This document shows positions 63,266-64,000 of a DNA stretch of 64,000 nt, piece after piece. The first letter of the stretch is position 1. Every line of letters begins with the position of its first letter. The notes below the pieces were generated by a model. The model worked only from the letters and a program-made list of their open reading frames with translations. It made no database searches and was not told the DNA's origin. The translations under genes were made by a program, and so were the position numbers. Source of the DNA: the human T2T-CHM13v2.0 reference genome, Homo sapiens; the NCBI RefSeq assembly GCF_009914755.1, contig NC_060941.1. One strand, 5' to 3'.

Positions 63266-64000
63266 CTACAATATCAAAGAGTACACAGAGAAGGGCCATC
63301 AGAAGAGATTTCAACAAATTTCCAGAACAGAGAAAGGAAAGAAACAGTGCTAAGTGCTAATATCTTCTAGAATAAAAACTCCACAAAGGCAGGGACACCG
63401 TATGCCTTGTACACTGTTGTGTTTGTGGTACTCAGCACAGGGCCTAGCACACTAAGGATTTCACACACACACACAAACACACACACATGAACGAAGCCAA
63501 CTTTCTCATGAGCAGACAAGTGTGGAGCTGGTGTCCAGGGTAAAGCCTCCATATGTAGACAGCGGACACCTAAGAGAACCCTACCCCAAGCAGGCTCTGG
63601 CTCACTCGCCCTGAAGCCAAGCCTCCCTGCCCACAAGGCCCAGCCATGCACAGAGCTTCCGCTTAACATGTCTACTGCTTCACTCTTACACTTACAGAGA
63701 TAACCACACCTATGCCAGGAGTGAGAAAGGACAAGACAGGGAACAGAAAACTCACCCTAGAGCAAACAGAGATAATTAGGGGGAAAAAAGAAAGAAAAAA
63801 AAAACCTTTAAAAGAACAGAAAACTCTGGAAAAGGGACAATTACAGAAAAAGAATACGGCCTTGCAAATTAAACATACTTTTGTCCCCCACATCAAAAAA
63901 GTCAACGAAGGATTAAAAGATAAAGTTGGGGCATTCCTGTAGAACAAAGAGGTTTGAAAATATAAGCAAACCTGGAAATATAAGCAAAAAAATAAACTCG

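Overview
Primate (very probably human) genomic DNA, rich in Alu/L1/LTR repeats. Positions ~22,970-64,000 hold the 3' part of CYTH1 (cytohesin-1, an ARF-GEF with coiled-coil, Sec7 and PH domains) on the minus strand. Coding exons 2-14 can be placed base by base with GT-AG boundaries and consistent phases. With the 22 coding nt that phase requires from exon 1 (outside the window), they give a 398-aa protein matching human cytohesin-1 as I recall it. This includes the 3-nt GAG microexon at 44929-44931, the diglycine/triglycine PH-domain switch, which the ORF track cannot show. The ~2 kb 3'UTR ends at an AATAAA at 22990-22995. Positions 1-22,900 are intergenic and mostly transposon-derived (Alus, L1, THE1, ERVL-type LTRs, an LTR10-like solo LTR). 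Other highlights are a full-length hAT Charlie3-like DNA transposon fossil with both termini and an 8-bp TSD, a near-perfect 230-bp tandem duplication in intron 1, smaller two-copy duplications, and inverted Alu pairs. Nearly all ORFs in the supplied track are repeat-derived noise. I found no convincing wholly new biological system. The best leads are the regulatory architecture around the microexon and the young structural variants. Repeat subfamily names come from remembered consensus sequences and need RepeatMasker/Dfam confirmation, and repeat boundaries are approximate.
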